The position numbers and the translations under genes were made by a program. Source: a bacterium (lineage in GTDB: Bacteria > Electryoneota > Electryoneia > Electryoneales > Electryoneaceae). From it: a stretch of DNA of 43,820 bases. The DNA is taken from NCBI GenBank assembly GCA_043801585.1, contig JAZDLX010000064.1, positions 1-43,820 on the forward strand. The letters are read 5' to 3'. Below the pieces are notes generated by a model. The model was not told where the DNA came from, did no database searches, and saw nothing but the letters and a program-made list of their open reading frames with translations. Of the stretch, positions 25,968 to 36,039 are shown in pieces. Position 1 is the stretch's first letter. Every line of letters begins with the position of its first letter.

Positions 25968-27527
25968 ATGAAGGCACGAATCCTCACATTGATTCCGCTT
26001 TTCGCCGCCGCAGCGGTCCTGTTTGCCCAGGTTCCCGATTCCGGGAGTGTGGGTGGAGTGGGGGCACCACCCTCGGGTCAGCCACCGCGTCCGGACCGCT
26101 GGACGGTGCTTCGGGACAACATGGAAACCGGTTCCGCGCCGGTGAGTCGGGTGGGCGATGTCGATCTTGTCGACGCGCTCTCGCTCGCGGACGCCCTCGG
26201 CCTGCATTACTTCCGCGACACGGAGGACCGCTATGTTTTCAGCTTCCCGGCGAATCCGGTGATTTTCGTGCCGGGCGGCAGTTTCGCGCAGGTTGGGCTC
26301 GAAATCGTTCACTTTCCCGTTCCACCTTATCAGGACGGTTTCCGGTTCTTTATCCCGGAGCAGCAACTTCTCGACATCCTCGGCGTTTACCTGGCGGGTG
26401 AAGTCTCAGAAGACAGTTCCGCTCGCGTTCTCTCCTACAATCCGCCCGATCATCCGTTGCTCAGCGTGGACGGGGCGGATGCCGGCCAGGAGTGGGTGTG
26501 GAGGTTTGTCTTTGACCGGCCGCTGACGGGCAAGATCGAGCTGGCGGATACGGCCACGGTGGTGCTGCATATGGAGGGAGTGACGCCGGACAGTGCCGGC
26601 GAGATCACCGTGGGCGGGGATGATCTGTTCGGTGCGGAGGTGCTGGGTGATCCATCCCGGGATGCCTGGGTGGTGATCACGCCCCGAGCGGTGCGAAACG
26701 CCCGCCTCGAGGGACCGGATGCCGGCAATGTCCTGACCCTCGTCGTGGCGATGGCGACTCCCGACGAGGAACCCGCAGCACCCCAGGCGTACAACCATGT
26801 GAGCGTCGACGAGGCGCTGCGCGAGGCACGGGCGAAGTGGAAAATCGATACCATCGTCATTGACGCCGGTCACGGCGGACAGGACCCGGGAGCGATCGGG
26901 CGGTCCAAACGCACTCGTGAAAAAGACATGGCGTTGGACATCGCTATACTGCTGCGCGACGAGGTCAAAAAACGTTCGGACATCAAAGTGGTGATGACCC
27001 GCGACAAGGACGTTTTCGTCCCCCTCGGCCAACGCACCAAGATCGCCAACAAGGCGGGCGGCAAGCTGTTCATCAGCATTCATTGCAACTCCTCCACCAA
27101 CCGCATGGCGAACGGCCAGTACACCTATTTTCTCAGTCCCGTCCGAACGGAGCGGGCGATGGAAGTGTCGCTCAAGGAAAACTCGGTGATCAAGTACGAG
27201 GAACGCCGCCAGGATTATCCTGACCTTTCAGAGGAGAATTTCATTCTCCTCGCGATGGCGCAGGCGCAGTTCGTCAAGGAATCCGAGGAACTCGCCTCGA
27301 TGATTCTGCGGTCGATGAGTTCGAAAACGGGGCTGCGAAACCGGGGGGTGGACCAAGCGGGATTCTACGTTCTGATCGGTGCTTCGATGCCCGCCGTGCT
27401 CGTCGAAACGGCTTTCATCTCGAACCCGAAGGAGGAGGACCTGCTCCATTCCAAATCCTTCCGAAAGAAAGTAGCAACAGGCATTTGCGACGCAATCCTC
27501 GAATTCAGGAAACGGTACGGAGAGTAG
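25968..27527 (+). CDS. N-acetylmuramoyl-L-alanine amidase (Amidase_3, AmiA/B/C-like)
   Basis: Signal peptide; Zn ligand motifs IDAGHGG, EK and SIHCN, and catalytic VETAF. Confidence 0.92.
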   Translation: MKARILTLIPLFAAAAVLFAQVPDSGSVGGVGAPPSGQPPRPDRWTVLRDNMETGSAPVSRVGDVDLVDALSLADALGLHYFRDTEDRYVFSFPANPVIFVPGGSFAQVGLEIVHFPVPPYQDGFRFFIPEQQLLDILGVYLAGEVSEDSSARVLSYNPPDHPLLSVDGADAGQEWVWRFVFDRPLTGKIELADTATVVLHMEGVTPDSAGEITVGGDDLFGAEVLGDPSRDAWVVITPRAVRNARLEGPDAGNVLTLVVAMATPDEEPAAPQAYNHVSVDEALREARAKWKIDTIVIDAGHGGQDPGAIGRSKRTREKDMALDIAILLRDEVKKRSDIKVVMTRDKDVFVPLGQRTKIANKAGGKLFISIHCNSSTNRMANGQYTYFLSPVRTERAMEVSLKENSVIKYEERRQDYPDLSEENFILLAMAQAQFVKESEELASMILRSMSSKTGLRNRGVDQAGFYVLIGASMPAVLVETAFISNPKEEDLLHSKSFRKKVATGICDAILEFRKRYGE

Positions 27528-27636
27528 GCTTTTACCCGCCTCTTCACCCGCCTCCGACCTTATCTTAAGCGGACTGCGGACCCTACTTTTAAAGAGGGTA
27601 GATACTGGCACCAGACAGCTACGTTGAGGACCCATT

Positions 27637-28407
27637 TTGCACATCCTGCTGACCAATGATGACGGTTATCTCGCCCCGGGAATCAAGGCGCTCCATGACA
27701 TTCTGAAGGGGGCGGGGCACGCGGTGACCGTCGTTGCGCCGGAACGTGAACGGAGCGGTGTTTCTCTCTCGATAACGCTGACCGACATTCTGCGATCCTG
27801 GCCGATGACCTACAACGGCATGCAGGGGTGGATTGTCAACGGCACTCCAGCCGATTGTGTGAAACTGGCCGTGGGCGAGCTGATGGACAAACCGCCCGAT
27901 GTGATCTTCAGCGGGATCAACCAGGGGACCAACGTCGGCCTGAACGCCAACTACTCCGGCACGGTAGCCGGAGCGGTGGAGGGAGCCCTGATGGGACACC
28001 CCGCGATTGCCGTATCGCTCGCCTCGTTCAGAAGCCGCGATTTCGAGGCGGCGGCCCGCGCCGGTCTCTGGGTACTGGAACGCCTGGAAGAGGGGGTGAT
28101 CCCTCCGCTGCACCTCCTTTCGGTGAACGTGCCCGAGGGACGGCCCGAGGAACTTCGCGGGATTCGTGTCACCCCCGCGTCGAAGGTGATGTACCGCGAG
28201 GTGGTGGACCGCCGTGTCGATCACCGGGGGCGGGAATACTACTGGCTGGCGGGGCGTTCGGTACAGCTTGCGGTAACGCCCGGGGGCGATCACGAAACGG
28301 TCGAGGATGGCTACATTTCGATCACTCCGCTTCGTGTGGACTGGACCTCGAACGAGCTGCTGGAGGAACTTCGACGCCGTGGCTGGGACGAGGAGTGGAA
28401 CGCATGA
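27637..28407 (+). CDS. surE: 5'/3'-nucleotidase SurE
   Basis: LLTNDDG, GTPADCV, SGINQG and YSGTVAGAVEG motifs; TTG start after GAGGA. Confidence 0.95.
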   Translation: MHILLTNDDGYLAPGIKALHDILKGAGHAVTVVAPERERSGVSLSITLTDILRSWPMTYNGMQGWIVNGTPADCVKLAVGELMDKPPDVIFSGINQGTNVGLNANYSGTVAGAVEGALMGHPAIAVSLASFRSRDFEAAARAGLWVLERLEEGVIPPLHLLSVNVPEGRPEELRGIRVTPASKVMYREVVDRRVDHRGREYYWLAGRSVQLAVTPGGDHETVEDGYISITPLRVDWTSNELLEELRRRGWDEEWNA

Positions 28408-29951
28408 AAGGCGCCTTCGATACCATCGCGGTGCTCGATTTCGGATCGCAATACACCCAGCTCATCGCACGTCGAATACGCGAGCAGGGTGTTTATGCCG
28501 AAATCCTCCCTTGTGATGCTCCGTTGAAGGCGATAGAAGTTCTCGAACCCGCGGGCATCGTCCTCTCCGGCGGACCGGCGAGCGTATACGAGAAGAATGC
28601 GCCCACGGCGGACCCCGGACTGTTGACGATGGGGCTCCCGGTTCTGGGCATTTGCTATGGCATGGGGTGGATGGCCCGCGAACTCGGTGGCGAAGTTGTT
28701 TCTTCGGACCGCCGGGAGTACGGACGCCGTGAGATCGAGGTTGTGGACGCCAAGGGCACTCCGCTCGAGGGCATCGAGGAGACCACCACCACCTGGATGA
28801 GTCACGGCGATCAGATCGAAACCCCGCCCGAAGGTTTCCGGATTGTCGCCCGATCCGAAACCTGTCCTGTCGCCGCGATGGCGGATGTAAGCCGGAAATT
28901 TTTCGCCGTACAGTTCCATCCGGAAGTCCGTCATACCGCGCGTGGAACGGAGATGCTTCGCGCCTTTCTCTTCGACATCGTCGGTGCGAAAACCGGCTGG
29001 TCGATGGAGACCTTCGAGCGCCGGGAGAGTGAACGGGTTCGGACGGAAGTCGGCGCGGGAACGGTGATCGGGGCGGTGTCGGGTGGTGTTGATTCGTCGG
29101 TGATGGCGGTGCTGCTTTCGCGGGCGATCGGTGAAAAATTCATCGCCATTTTCGTTGACAACGGTCTGCTCCGCAAGGATGAACGGCGCCAGGTTCAGCA
29201 GCTTTTCGCCGGGCGGCTGGGAGTTCATCTCGAGGTGGTCGATGCGAAGCAGCGATTCCTCACCGCGTTACGTGGCGTTGAGGAGCCTGAGGAAAAACGG
29301 AAAATCATTGGCCACACCTTCATTGAGATTTTCGAGCAGGAGGCGGCGAAACATCCTGATGCGGATTGGCTGGCACAGGGAACGCTGTACCCGGATGTGA
29401 TCGAATCGGTCAGTTTCAAGGGACCGTCCGCTACGATTAAAACCCATCACAACGTTGGCGGTCTCCCCGAGCGGATGAAGTTGAAACTCATCGAACCGCT
29501 TCGTGAGCTGTTCAAGGATGAAGTGCGGGAACTGGGACGCCGCCTCGGGTTGCCCGAAGAGATGGTCTCACGCCATCCGTTCCCGGGTCCGGGGCTTGCG
29601 GTTCGTGTCCTCGGTGAGGTGAATGAGGAACGGTTAAGCATCCTGCGTGAAGCGGACGCGATTTTCATCGAGGAGCTTCGGGAAAGCGGATGGTACAACA
29701 AGGTGAGCCAGGCACTGGCCGTGCTGCTGCCGGTGAAAAGCGTCGGTGTCATGGGCGATTACCGAACCTACGAACATGTGATCGCATTGCGCAGCGTCGA
29801 TACCTGGGATTTCATGACCGCGGATTTCAGCCCTCTCCCGCATGAACTGTTGGGGCGTGTCTCGACGCGGATCATCAACGAAGTCAGGGGGGTCAATCGT
29901 GTTGTCTACGATGTATCCAGCAAACCCCCGTCGACCGTGGAATGGGAATGA
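28404..29951 (+). CDS. guaA: GMP synthase (glutamine-hydrolysing)
   Basis: LDFGSQYTQLIARR, GICYG, QFHPE, SGGVDS, QGTLYPDVIES and KPPSTVEWE. ATG 28404 overlaps the surE stop. Confidence 0.97.
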   Translation: MKGAFDTIAVLDFGSQYTQLIARRIREQGVYAEILPCDAPLKAIEVLEPAGIVLSGGPASVYEKNAPTADPGLLTMGLPVLGICYGMGWMARELGGEVVSSDRREYGRREIEVVDAKGTPLEGIEETTTTWMSHGDQIETPPEGFRIVARSETCPVAAMADVSRKFFAVQFHPEVRHTARGTEMLRAFLFDIVGAKTGWSMETFERRESERVRTEVGAGTVIGAVSGGVDSSVMAVLLSRAIGEKFIAIFVDNGLLRKDERRQVQQLFAGRLGVHLEVVDAKQRFLTALRGVEEPEEKRKIIGHTFIEIFEQEAAKHPDADWLAQGTLYPDVIESVSFKGPSATIKTHHNVGGLPERMKLKLIEPLRELFKDEVRELGRRLGLPEEMVSRHPFPGPGLAVRVLGEVNEERLSILREADAIFIEELRESGWYNKVSQALAVLLPVKSVGVMGDYRTYEHVIALRSVDTWDFMTADFSPLPHELLGRVSTRIINEVRGVNRVVYDVSSKPPSTVEWE

Positions 29952-29962
29952 GGAGAGTTGGG

Positions 29963-32014
29963 ATGATGGGGAGCCACATACGCCGATTGGTCTGCTTTCT
30001 GCTATTTGTTCTGCTGATGGCATCCATGCAGGCAGCACCCTTATTCGCACAGGATGTGCTGCCTCCGGACCTAACCCTGGCCCGCGATCTCTTCGAGTCC
30101 GGCAACTTCAGTGAAGCGCTGGCGACGGTGGAGGGTTATCTCTCCTTGGAGCCTGAAGGCCGTTACAGTTCGGCGGCTCAGCTCCTCGCCGGACGTTGCG
30201 AAGTGCGGCTGGGACGTGGCCTCGCGGCGGTACAGCGAGCCATTGCGGTGATCGACCGTTACGGCGACGAAGGTCCGATGGCCGCCCAGGCCTATTACCT
30301 GCTCGCGACCGCGAACCAGGAGATGGGGGACGGCTATGAAGCCGCGAGAGCCCTTGTCGGCCTGCTGGATCGCGATCCCGATCCGGAACTGGCGATGACG
30401 GCGCGGGAACACCTCCGCGACCTGTTGCAGGGACCTGTCGCCTACCGTGCCCGCCCGCTATTGATGTTGGCGAGAAAGCGGGATACACAGGATTCGCTGA
30501 AGGCAATGTTTCCTTCCACAGTTTCCGAACCGACGCTGGGCCTCCTCGTTCCGAAGGGGAAGGAAGAGGAGGGACCCGGAAGTCAGCTTGAGGCGGGGGT
30601 TCGAGCCGCTCTCGAGGAATTTCGGCGAATGTCCGGAATGGAGGTTAAGCTTGTGGTGCGCCGCACACCGGAAAGCGCTCCCCTGGCTGTGGCGGTAGCT
30701 CGTGATCTGGTCCGTAACGTGGGTATCTGGGGACTCATCGCCGCAGGTCCTGAGCCGATGGTTGTTGCGGTGGCGGTTGAAGCTCAGGCGGCGGGTGTAC
30801 CTGTTGTGCTGCCCGGGATGCGTCGTCCGGGGCTGACGGCTCTCGGTCCGACAACGGTGCAGCCAGAAGCGGATTGGCGCCGTGAGGGAGAGATCCTCGC
30901 CGGTTATGCGATCGACTCTCTTCGCCTGCGAAGTTTTGCCATTGTCGCACCCTATACGGACCGTGGCCAGGAAACGGTCGCCGGTTTCCAGTCTGTCCTG
31001 GGAGAGCGCGACTCAACAAAATTGCTCGCGCTGGAATGGTATTTCCCCGAAGAGGGGGTTTCGCTTTCCGGTCAGTTCCAGAGGATTCGGAACCTCGGAT
31101 TTCGTCTTCAATTCCAGGATACGCTGTTCGTCAGGGGGAAGATGAAGCCCGAGGGTTTCGTCATGCCGTCTTTCCCGGGAGATTCGTCACGCCTTTTCAT
31201 CCGGCGGGCAAATATCGACTCGCTGTCGGGTGAGATCCTGTCCGTGGACACGGTGCTCGTTGACACGCTCCATTTGACCGCCGAGGACAGCCTGAATCCG
31301 AAGTTGGTCAGGTGGGTCAACCTGCGGCGCATCGCACCCTGGGACAGCGCGCGTTTCGAACGGCTCTGGAACGCACGCATGGACAGCATTCGGAGAACGG
31401 TTGAATTCAAAACGGGGCTGATCGACAGCAATGCCATCCAACTGTCGGTCTTTGACGGGCTCTTCCTGCCGAGCGAACCCGGGACGATCCATTTCTTCGC
31501 TCCGCAGTTCGCTTTCTACAACTTCAAAACCACCCGTCTTGGAAATGCCGCCTGGTACGATCCGGATGCACTCTATCGACAGCGGCAGTATGTGCAGGAT
31601 CTTCTGTTCACGGCACCTTACCGGCTCGACAGCACTCAGGGGGCGATGATTCCTCTCCTTAAGCAGTTGCGGGCGAATGGTATAAATGACGTTACCCCCT
31701 GGAACATCGAGGGATATGACGCGGCTTGGATTCTCCTGAAGCCGGTCGCGGATGGGCGTGTGGGTCCGCTTGACGTGGGTGAAGGCGTCACCCATCTCGA
31801 TTCGCTGAACCTTGCGGCGGGAATGCAGCGGTTCCGGGAGCGACAGATGAGCGGGCTGAATATGTGGCTGATGACCTACCACAACGACCGCGTGGACACG
31901 GAAAATCTTCAGGCGCGTCTCGACAGCCTTTACCCACCACCAACCTATCAGGACAGCGTATTGTTCGATCCGGAAAAACTTGGCGAGATGCTCGAACCAG
32001 GGAACGATGAATGA
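29963..32014 (+). CDS. TPR + type I periplasmic-binding-fold protein (LpoA/LppC-like)
   Basis: Signal peptide, TPR-like helices (A..Y...A..L repeats), then LGLLVP...G..AA and EGYDA motifs of PBP1-type domains. The start could also be 29948. Confidence 0.65.
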   Translation: MMGSHIRRLVCFLLFVLLMASMQAAPLFAQDVLPPDLTLARDLFESGNFSEALATVEGYLSLEPEGRYSSAAQLLAGRCEVRLGRGLAAVQRAIAVIDRYGDEGPMAAQAYYLLATANQEMGDGYEAARALVGLLDRDPDPELAMTAREHLRDLLQGPVAYRARPLLMLARKRDTQDSLKAMFPSTVSEPTLGLLVPKGKEEEGPGSQLEAGVRAALEEFRRMSGMEVKLVVRRTPESAPLAVAVARDLVRNVGIWGLIAAGPEPMVVAVAVEAQAAGVPVVLPGMRRPGLTALGPTTVQPEADWRREGEILAGYAIDSLRLRSFAIVAPYTDRGQETVAGFQSVLGERDSTKLLALEWYFPEEGVSLSGQFQRIRNLGFRLQFQDTLFVRGKMKPEGFVMPSFPGDSSRLFIRRANIDSLSGEILSVDTVLVDTLHLTAEDSLNPKLVRWVNLRRIAPWDSARFERLWNARMDSIRRTVEFKTGLIDSNAIQLSVFDGLFLPSEPGTIHFFAPQFAFYNFKTTRLGNAAWYDPDALYRQRQYVQDLLFTAPYRLDSTQGAMIPLLKQLRANGINDVTPWNIEGYDAAWILLKPVADGRVGPLDVGEGVTHLDSLNLAAGMQRFRERQMSGLNMWLMTYHNDRVDTENLQARLDSLYPPPTYQDSVLFDPEKLGEMLEPGNDE

Positions 32015-32790
32015 GCCTCCTGAAAGCGTTGATTCTGGGCCTGGTGCAGGGATTGACCGAGTTTCTTCCGGTCAGCTCATCCGGCCATCTTGTGTTTGTG
32101 AATTATCTGCTGCACGTGGAAAGCAGCAGCATCGCTTTCGAGGTGTCCGTTCACTTTGGAACACTGCTGGCCGTGATCGTCTATTTTCGGCAGGATCTCG
32201 CTCGCGTTATCGTCGAATTCTTCCGCGGCGGTGAAGGCCGTCGCACGGGTTGGATGCTGATCCTCGCAAGCGTTCCGACTGCGATCATCGGTCTTGCGTT
32301 CAAGGATACGTTCGAGTCGCTCTTTCAGTCGCCGCGGAGCGCGGCGACTGGCCTCCTGGTTACTTCGATCCTCCTGTTCTTCGCGGAACGTGTTCGTCGC
32401 GGAGAACGACCGTTGGGCAAAGTGCGGATCTTCGACGCTCTGCTCGTTGGAACGATGCAGGGGATGGCAATCGTCCCGGGAATCAGCCGCAGCGGTTCCA
32501 CAATCTCCGCCGGGTTGTTCTCCGGCTTGTCACGGGACACTGCTGCACGCTTCAGCTTCCTGCTCTCAATTCCTGCCATCGTGGGTGCGGGTCTGGTGGA
32601 AGCGAAGGATATGGTGGACCTCAGCGCGAACTTTGCCGGACCCGCCATTGTTGGGACTCTTGCCGCTGCGGTGAGTGGGTATCTAGCGATCGGGATGTTG
32701 ATGGCGGTTCTGCGAAAAGGAAAACTCTACGGTTTCTCGATCTATACCGCGATCGTCGGAGTGCTCGGGTTGCTCCTGTTGCCCTCCTGA
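32011..32790 (+). CDS. uppP: Undecaprenyl-diphosphate phosphatase
   Basis: QGLTEFLPVSSSGH, PGISRSGSTI and RFSFLLSIPA motifs. Confidence 0.96.
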   Translation: MSLLKALILGLVQGLTEFLPVSSSGHLVFVNYLLHVESSSIAFEVSVHFGTLLAVIVYFRQDLARVIVEFFRGGEGRRTGWMLILASVPTAIIGLAFKDTFESLFQSPRSAATGLLVTSILLFFAERVRRGERPLGKVRIFDALLVGTMQGMAIVPGISRSGSTISAGLFSGLSRDTAARFSFLLSIPAIVGAGLVEAKDMVDLSANFAGPAIVGTLAAAVSGYLAIGMLMAVLRKGKLYGFSIYTAIVGVLGLLLLPS

Positions 32791-32796
32791 GGGCCT

Positions 32797-32882
32797 CGAG
32801 TTAAGTGACAGTTACCTAATTCTGCGAGTAAGGAAAAGTTAAGCGATTAATCACATGAATTAGGTAACTGTCACTCAACTCG
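32797..32882. repeat. Long inverted repeat (26-bp arms, 34-nt spacer), MITE/REP-like
   Basis: CGAGTTAAGTGACAGTTACCTAATTC versus the reverse complement of GAATTAGGTAACTGTCACTCAACTCG, 1 mismatch. Confidence 0.85.
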
Positions 32883-33111
32883 GCAACGAGAGACGCTACT
32901 CATTAAATCACGTGAGTTGATCCACCCGGCTGCATTTCTTTGGGTTTCTTCTCTATTTGGGTTTCTCTGGTGAGCAATAATACCCCGTAGAGCGCACCAA
33001 TTGCGGCATGTGGGTCTTGTCACTAGCTTAGGGCCACGCCGTGCAGTATCCGATATTTACGACATGTCGGAACGGATTCCGGCGAAGATGATAAAGCACC
33101 GGAGATGGGTT

Positions 33112-34329
33112 ATGAGTCTGAGCCAGGTTGCGAAAGAAATCGCACCCTCCCCGACATTGGCACTCAACGAAAAAGCTCGCTTGTTGAAGATGAAAGGCGA
33201 GCCGGTGATTCACCTGGGTGCCGGAGAACCGAAGAACCGTGCCCCGATCGCGGGTATCCTTGGAGCTGCTTCGGTTCTGAAAGAGGGCGATGTCAAATAC
33301 ACGCCCACGGAAGGAACGCCGGGCCTGCGTCAGGCGGTCATTCGCTACACGGAAGAGAACTACGGGCGTGTTGTCGCACCGGAGAACGTCATCGTCTCCT
33401 CCGGGGCGAAGCAGGCGCTGTGGAACCTCCTCTACACGCTGATCAACCCTCAGGATGAGGTCATCATTCTCGCGCCGTACTGGGTTTCCTATCCTGAAAT
33501 CGTGAAGATGATCTATGGCGTGCCGGTGATCGTCAAGCCGGAGGATGGCAGTTTCCATCCCCGCATGGAGGACATCGAACAGGTCGTCGGATCGTACACC
33601 CGCGCGATCATTGTCAACAGCCCGAACAATCCATCCGGCATCGTCTACTCCGAAGAATTCATCGCGCACCTCGTCGATTTCTGCGAGCGCAAGGGCATCT
33701 GGTTCATCTCCGACGACATCTACCACAAGCTGATCTTCGGAAACCGTACCTGGCCCAGTCCCTATTCCTACACGAAGAAGGACATCGAGAACAGCCACAT
33801 CATCAGCATCAACGGGATCAGCAAACTGTATGGAATGACCGGATTCCGCATCGGCTGGGCCGTAGCGCCGAAAAAAATCGTTGAAGTACTGACTAACGTC
33901 CAGGCCCAGACAACTTCCACAGCGCCTCTCGTTTCCCAGGCGGCGGCGGAGGGCGCTTTGCGCGGCGTGCAGTCGGTGATCACTCAGTTGACGATGATGC
34001 TGGAGAACAACCGCAATGTGATGCTTCAGGAACTGCGCGGGTTCACGGGTGTCAAGATCACGCCTCCGGAAGGGACGTTCTACTGTCTTCCCGATTTTTC
34101 AGCCTACGACAAAAATTCCGTGAAGCTCTCGAACTTCCTTCTCGAGAAAGCACTGGTGGTCACCGTTCCGGGAAAGGAATTCGGCATGGAAGGATACCTT
34201 CGTCTTTCCATCTGCGGATCCGTCAAGGACATCAAGCAGGGTGTTGAACGGATCAAATGGGCGATCGATCCCGAGTCGCCAAACGAGCTGTTCATCGGCG
34301 ACAAGAAACTCGTGAGGGACTGGCTGTGA
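33112..34329 (+). CDS. PLP-dependent class I/II aminotransferase (aspartate aminotransferase-like)
   Basis: GEP, GAKQAL, NSPNNPSG, DDIY and SKLYGMTGFRIG (PLP lysine). GGAG RBS before ATG 33112. Confidence 0.92.
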   Translation: MSLSQVAKEIAPSPTLALNEKARLLKMKGEPVIHLGAGEPKNRAPIAGILGAASVLKEGDVKYTPTEGTPGLRQAVIRYTEENYGRVVAPENVIVSSGAKQALWNLLYTLINPQDEVIILAPYWVSYPEIVKMIYGVPVIVKPEDGSFHPRMEDIEQVVGSYTRAIIVNSPNNPSGIVYSEEFIAHLVDFCERKGIWFISDDIYHKLIFGNRTWPSPYSYTKKDIENSHIISINGISKLYGMTGFRIGWAVAPKKIVEVLTNVQAQTTSTAPLVSQAAAEGALRGVQSVITQLTMMLENNRNVMLQELRGFTGVKITPPEGTFYCLPDFSAYDKNSVKLSNFLLEKALVVTVPGKEFGMEGYLRLSICGSVKDIKQGVERIKWAIDPESPNELFIGDKKLVRDWL

Positions 34330-35966
34330 ACAACCTGCTGAATATCCGGACTCCGGCTGAAGGTCAAGCGGGCGCGCTCGCTTCGGATTACGGGATCAAG
34401 ATGCACGGATTGATGAATCCGCGCGTCGTCTATTGGAATCTTCCGGCGGAACCGCTCTACGAGGAGATCGTTTTCAGAGGCGAGGGCAAGCTGTCCCGGG
34501 GAGGGCCAGTTGTCGTCGAGACCGGCGGTCACACCAGCCGAGCGGCGAACGACAAGATCGTTGTCCGCGAGGGGACGAGCGATGAGCATATCTGGTGGGG
34601 GGAGTACAACCGTCCCTTCTCCACCGAGAAGTTCGATATGCTGCATCATCGGATGAATGGATTCTTGCAGGGCCGGGATCTTTTCGTCCAGGATCTGTAT
34701 GCGGGCGCTGACGTGCAGTATCGCCTGCCCGTGCGGATCATTACGACACACGCCTGGCAGAGCCTCTTTTCACGGAATATGCTGATCGCTCCGGAAAGCG
34801 CGGACGAGTACAAGCAGTTCGTTCCTCAGTTCACCCTGATTGTCGCGCCGGATTTCAAGGGGATTCGCCAGATCGATTCCACTCTCTCAAACACGTTCAT
34901 CGCTCTCAACTTCGAGCAGCGCCTCGCTCTGATCGGCGATTCGCTGTACGCGGGCGAGGTCAAGAAAACCATCTTCACCGTGATGAACTACGTGCTCCCG
35001 CTCGACGGCGTGCTCTCCATGCACTGCTCCGCGAATGTTGGCAAGGATGGTTCGAGTGCACTCTTTTTCGGACTGTCGGGCACGGGCAAGACCACCCTCT
35101 CGGCCGACCCGGCACGTAACCTCGTGGGCGATGACGAACACGGCTGGTCCGACGAAGGCATCTTCAACATCGAGAACGGATGTTACGCCAAGGTGATCAG
35201 CCTCTCCGCCACGGCGGAACCGGAGATCTATGCCTGTACACGGAAATATGGGACGGTCCTGGAAAACGTGATCATCGATCCGGTCAGCCGCAACATCGAC
35301 CTGGACGACGACACCCTGACGGAAAACACCCGCGCCTCCTACCCCCTCGAATTCATCGAGAACGCTGTTCCCGAAAGAATGGCCGGCCACCCGGGCAACA
35401 TCATCTTCCTGACCTGCGACGCTTCCGGGGTCATGCCGCCGATCGCCAAACTGACCCCGGACCAGGCTCTCTACCATTTCATCAGCGGATATACGTCGAA
35501 AATCGCGGGCACGGAAAAAGGTCTTGGCGAGGAACCGGAAATCACCTTCTCTGCCTGTTTCGGAGCGCCGTTCATGGTGCATCCGCCCTCGTTCTACGCC
35601 GACATGCTGAAGCGTAAAGTGATGCATCACGGGGTGAATTGCTGGCTGCTGAATACCGGCTGGGTTGGTGGTAAGTACGGTGTGGGCAAGAGGATAAGCA
35701 TTAAATACACCCGGGCGTTGCTGAATGCCGCGCTGGATGGAAAACTGCTCAAGGTTCCCTACAAAACGGACCCGGTGTTTGGATTCGAGGTCCCGGCGAA
35801 ATGCGAGGAGGTTCCCGACGAGATTCTGGACCCGGCCAGTTCCTGGTCCAGCCGCAAGGAATATGACGATGCCTATCGCCAGTTGGCTTCGCGTTTCATC
35901 GAGAACTTCAAGAAGTACGCGGCGGACGCCCCAGCGGAGGTGCAGGCCGCCGGACCCAAACGGTAG
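34326..35966 (+). CDS. pckA: Phosphoenolpyruvate carboxykinase (ATP)
   Basis: YAGEVKK, MHCSAN, FFGLSGTGKTTLS, GDDEHGW, ENGCYAK, ENTRASYP and FSACFGAPF. GTG start overlaps the upstream stop. Confidence 0.96.
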   Translation: MNNLLNIRTPAEGQAGALASDYGIKMHGLMNPRVVYWNLPAEPLYEEIVFRGEGKLSRGGPVVVETGGHTSRAANDKIVVREGTSDEHIWWGEYNRPFSTEKFDMLHHRMNGFLQGRDLFVQDLYAGADVQYRLPVRIITTHAWQSLFSRNMLIAPESADEYKQFVPQFTLIVAPDFKGIRQIDSTLSNTFIALNFEQRLALIGDSLYAGEVKKTIFTVMNYVLPLDGVLSMHCSANVGKDGSSALFFGLSGTGKTTLSADPARNLVGDDEHGWSDEGIFNIENGCYAKVISLSATAEPEIYACTRKYGTVLENVIIDPVSRNIDLDDDTLTENTRASYPLEFIENAVPERMAGHPGNIIFLTCDASGVMPPIAKLTPDQALYHFISGYTSKIAGTEKGLGEEPEITFSACFGAPFMVHPPSFYADMLKRKVMHHGVNCWLLNTGWVGGKYGVGKRISIKYTRALLNAALDGKLLKVPYKTDPVFGFEVPAKCEEVPDEILDPASSWSSRKEYDDAYRQLASRFIENFKKYAADAPAEVQAAGPKR

Positions 35967-36002
35967 ATGGGTTTCGCACATGACAATAATGGGACAGAAA
36001 AC

Positions 36003-36026
36003 GTAGCCCGGATTCTTGAATCCGGG
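36003..36026 (+). repeat. REP-like element (GTAG + perfect palindrome), likely also a terminator between convergent genes
   Basis: GTAG-CCCGGATTC-TT-GAATCCGGG followed by TTTG. Confidence 0.65.
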
Positions 36027-36039
36027 TTTGTCCTGCGGA

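Noticed and set aside
27828..28403. N-terminal extension of GuaA in the ORF track (similarly for coaD, pckA, M32, the GT-like protein and the response regulator)
   Set aside because: The extensions overlap neighbouring genes or promoters; internal starts with an RBS or stop/start overlap give normal-length proteins.
32939..32967. TTTGGGTTTCT direct repeat upstream of the aminotransferase-pckA operon
   Set aside because: Low-complexity 11-mer in two copies; insufficient evidence for a binding site.
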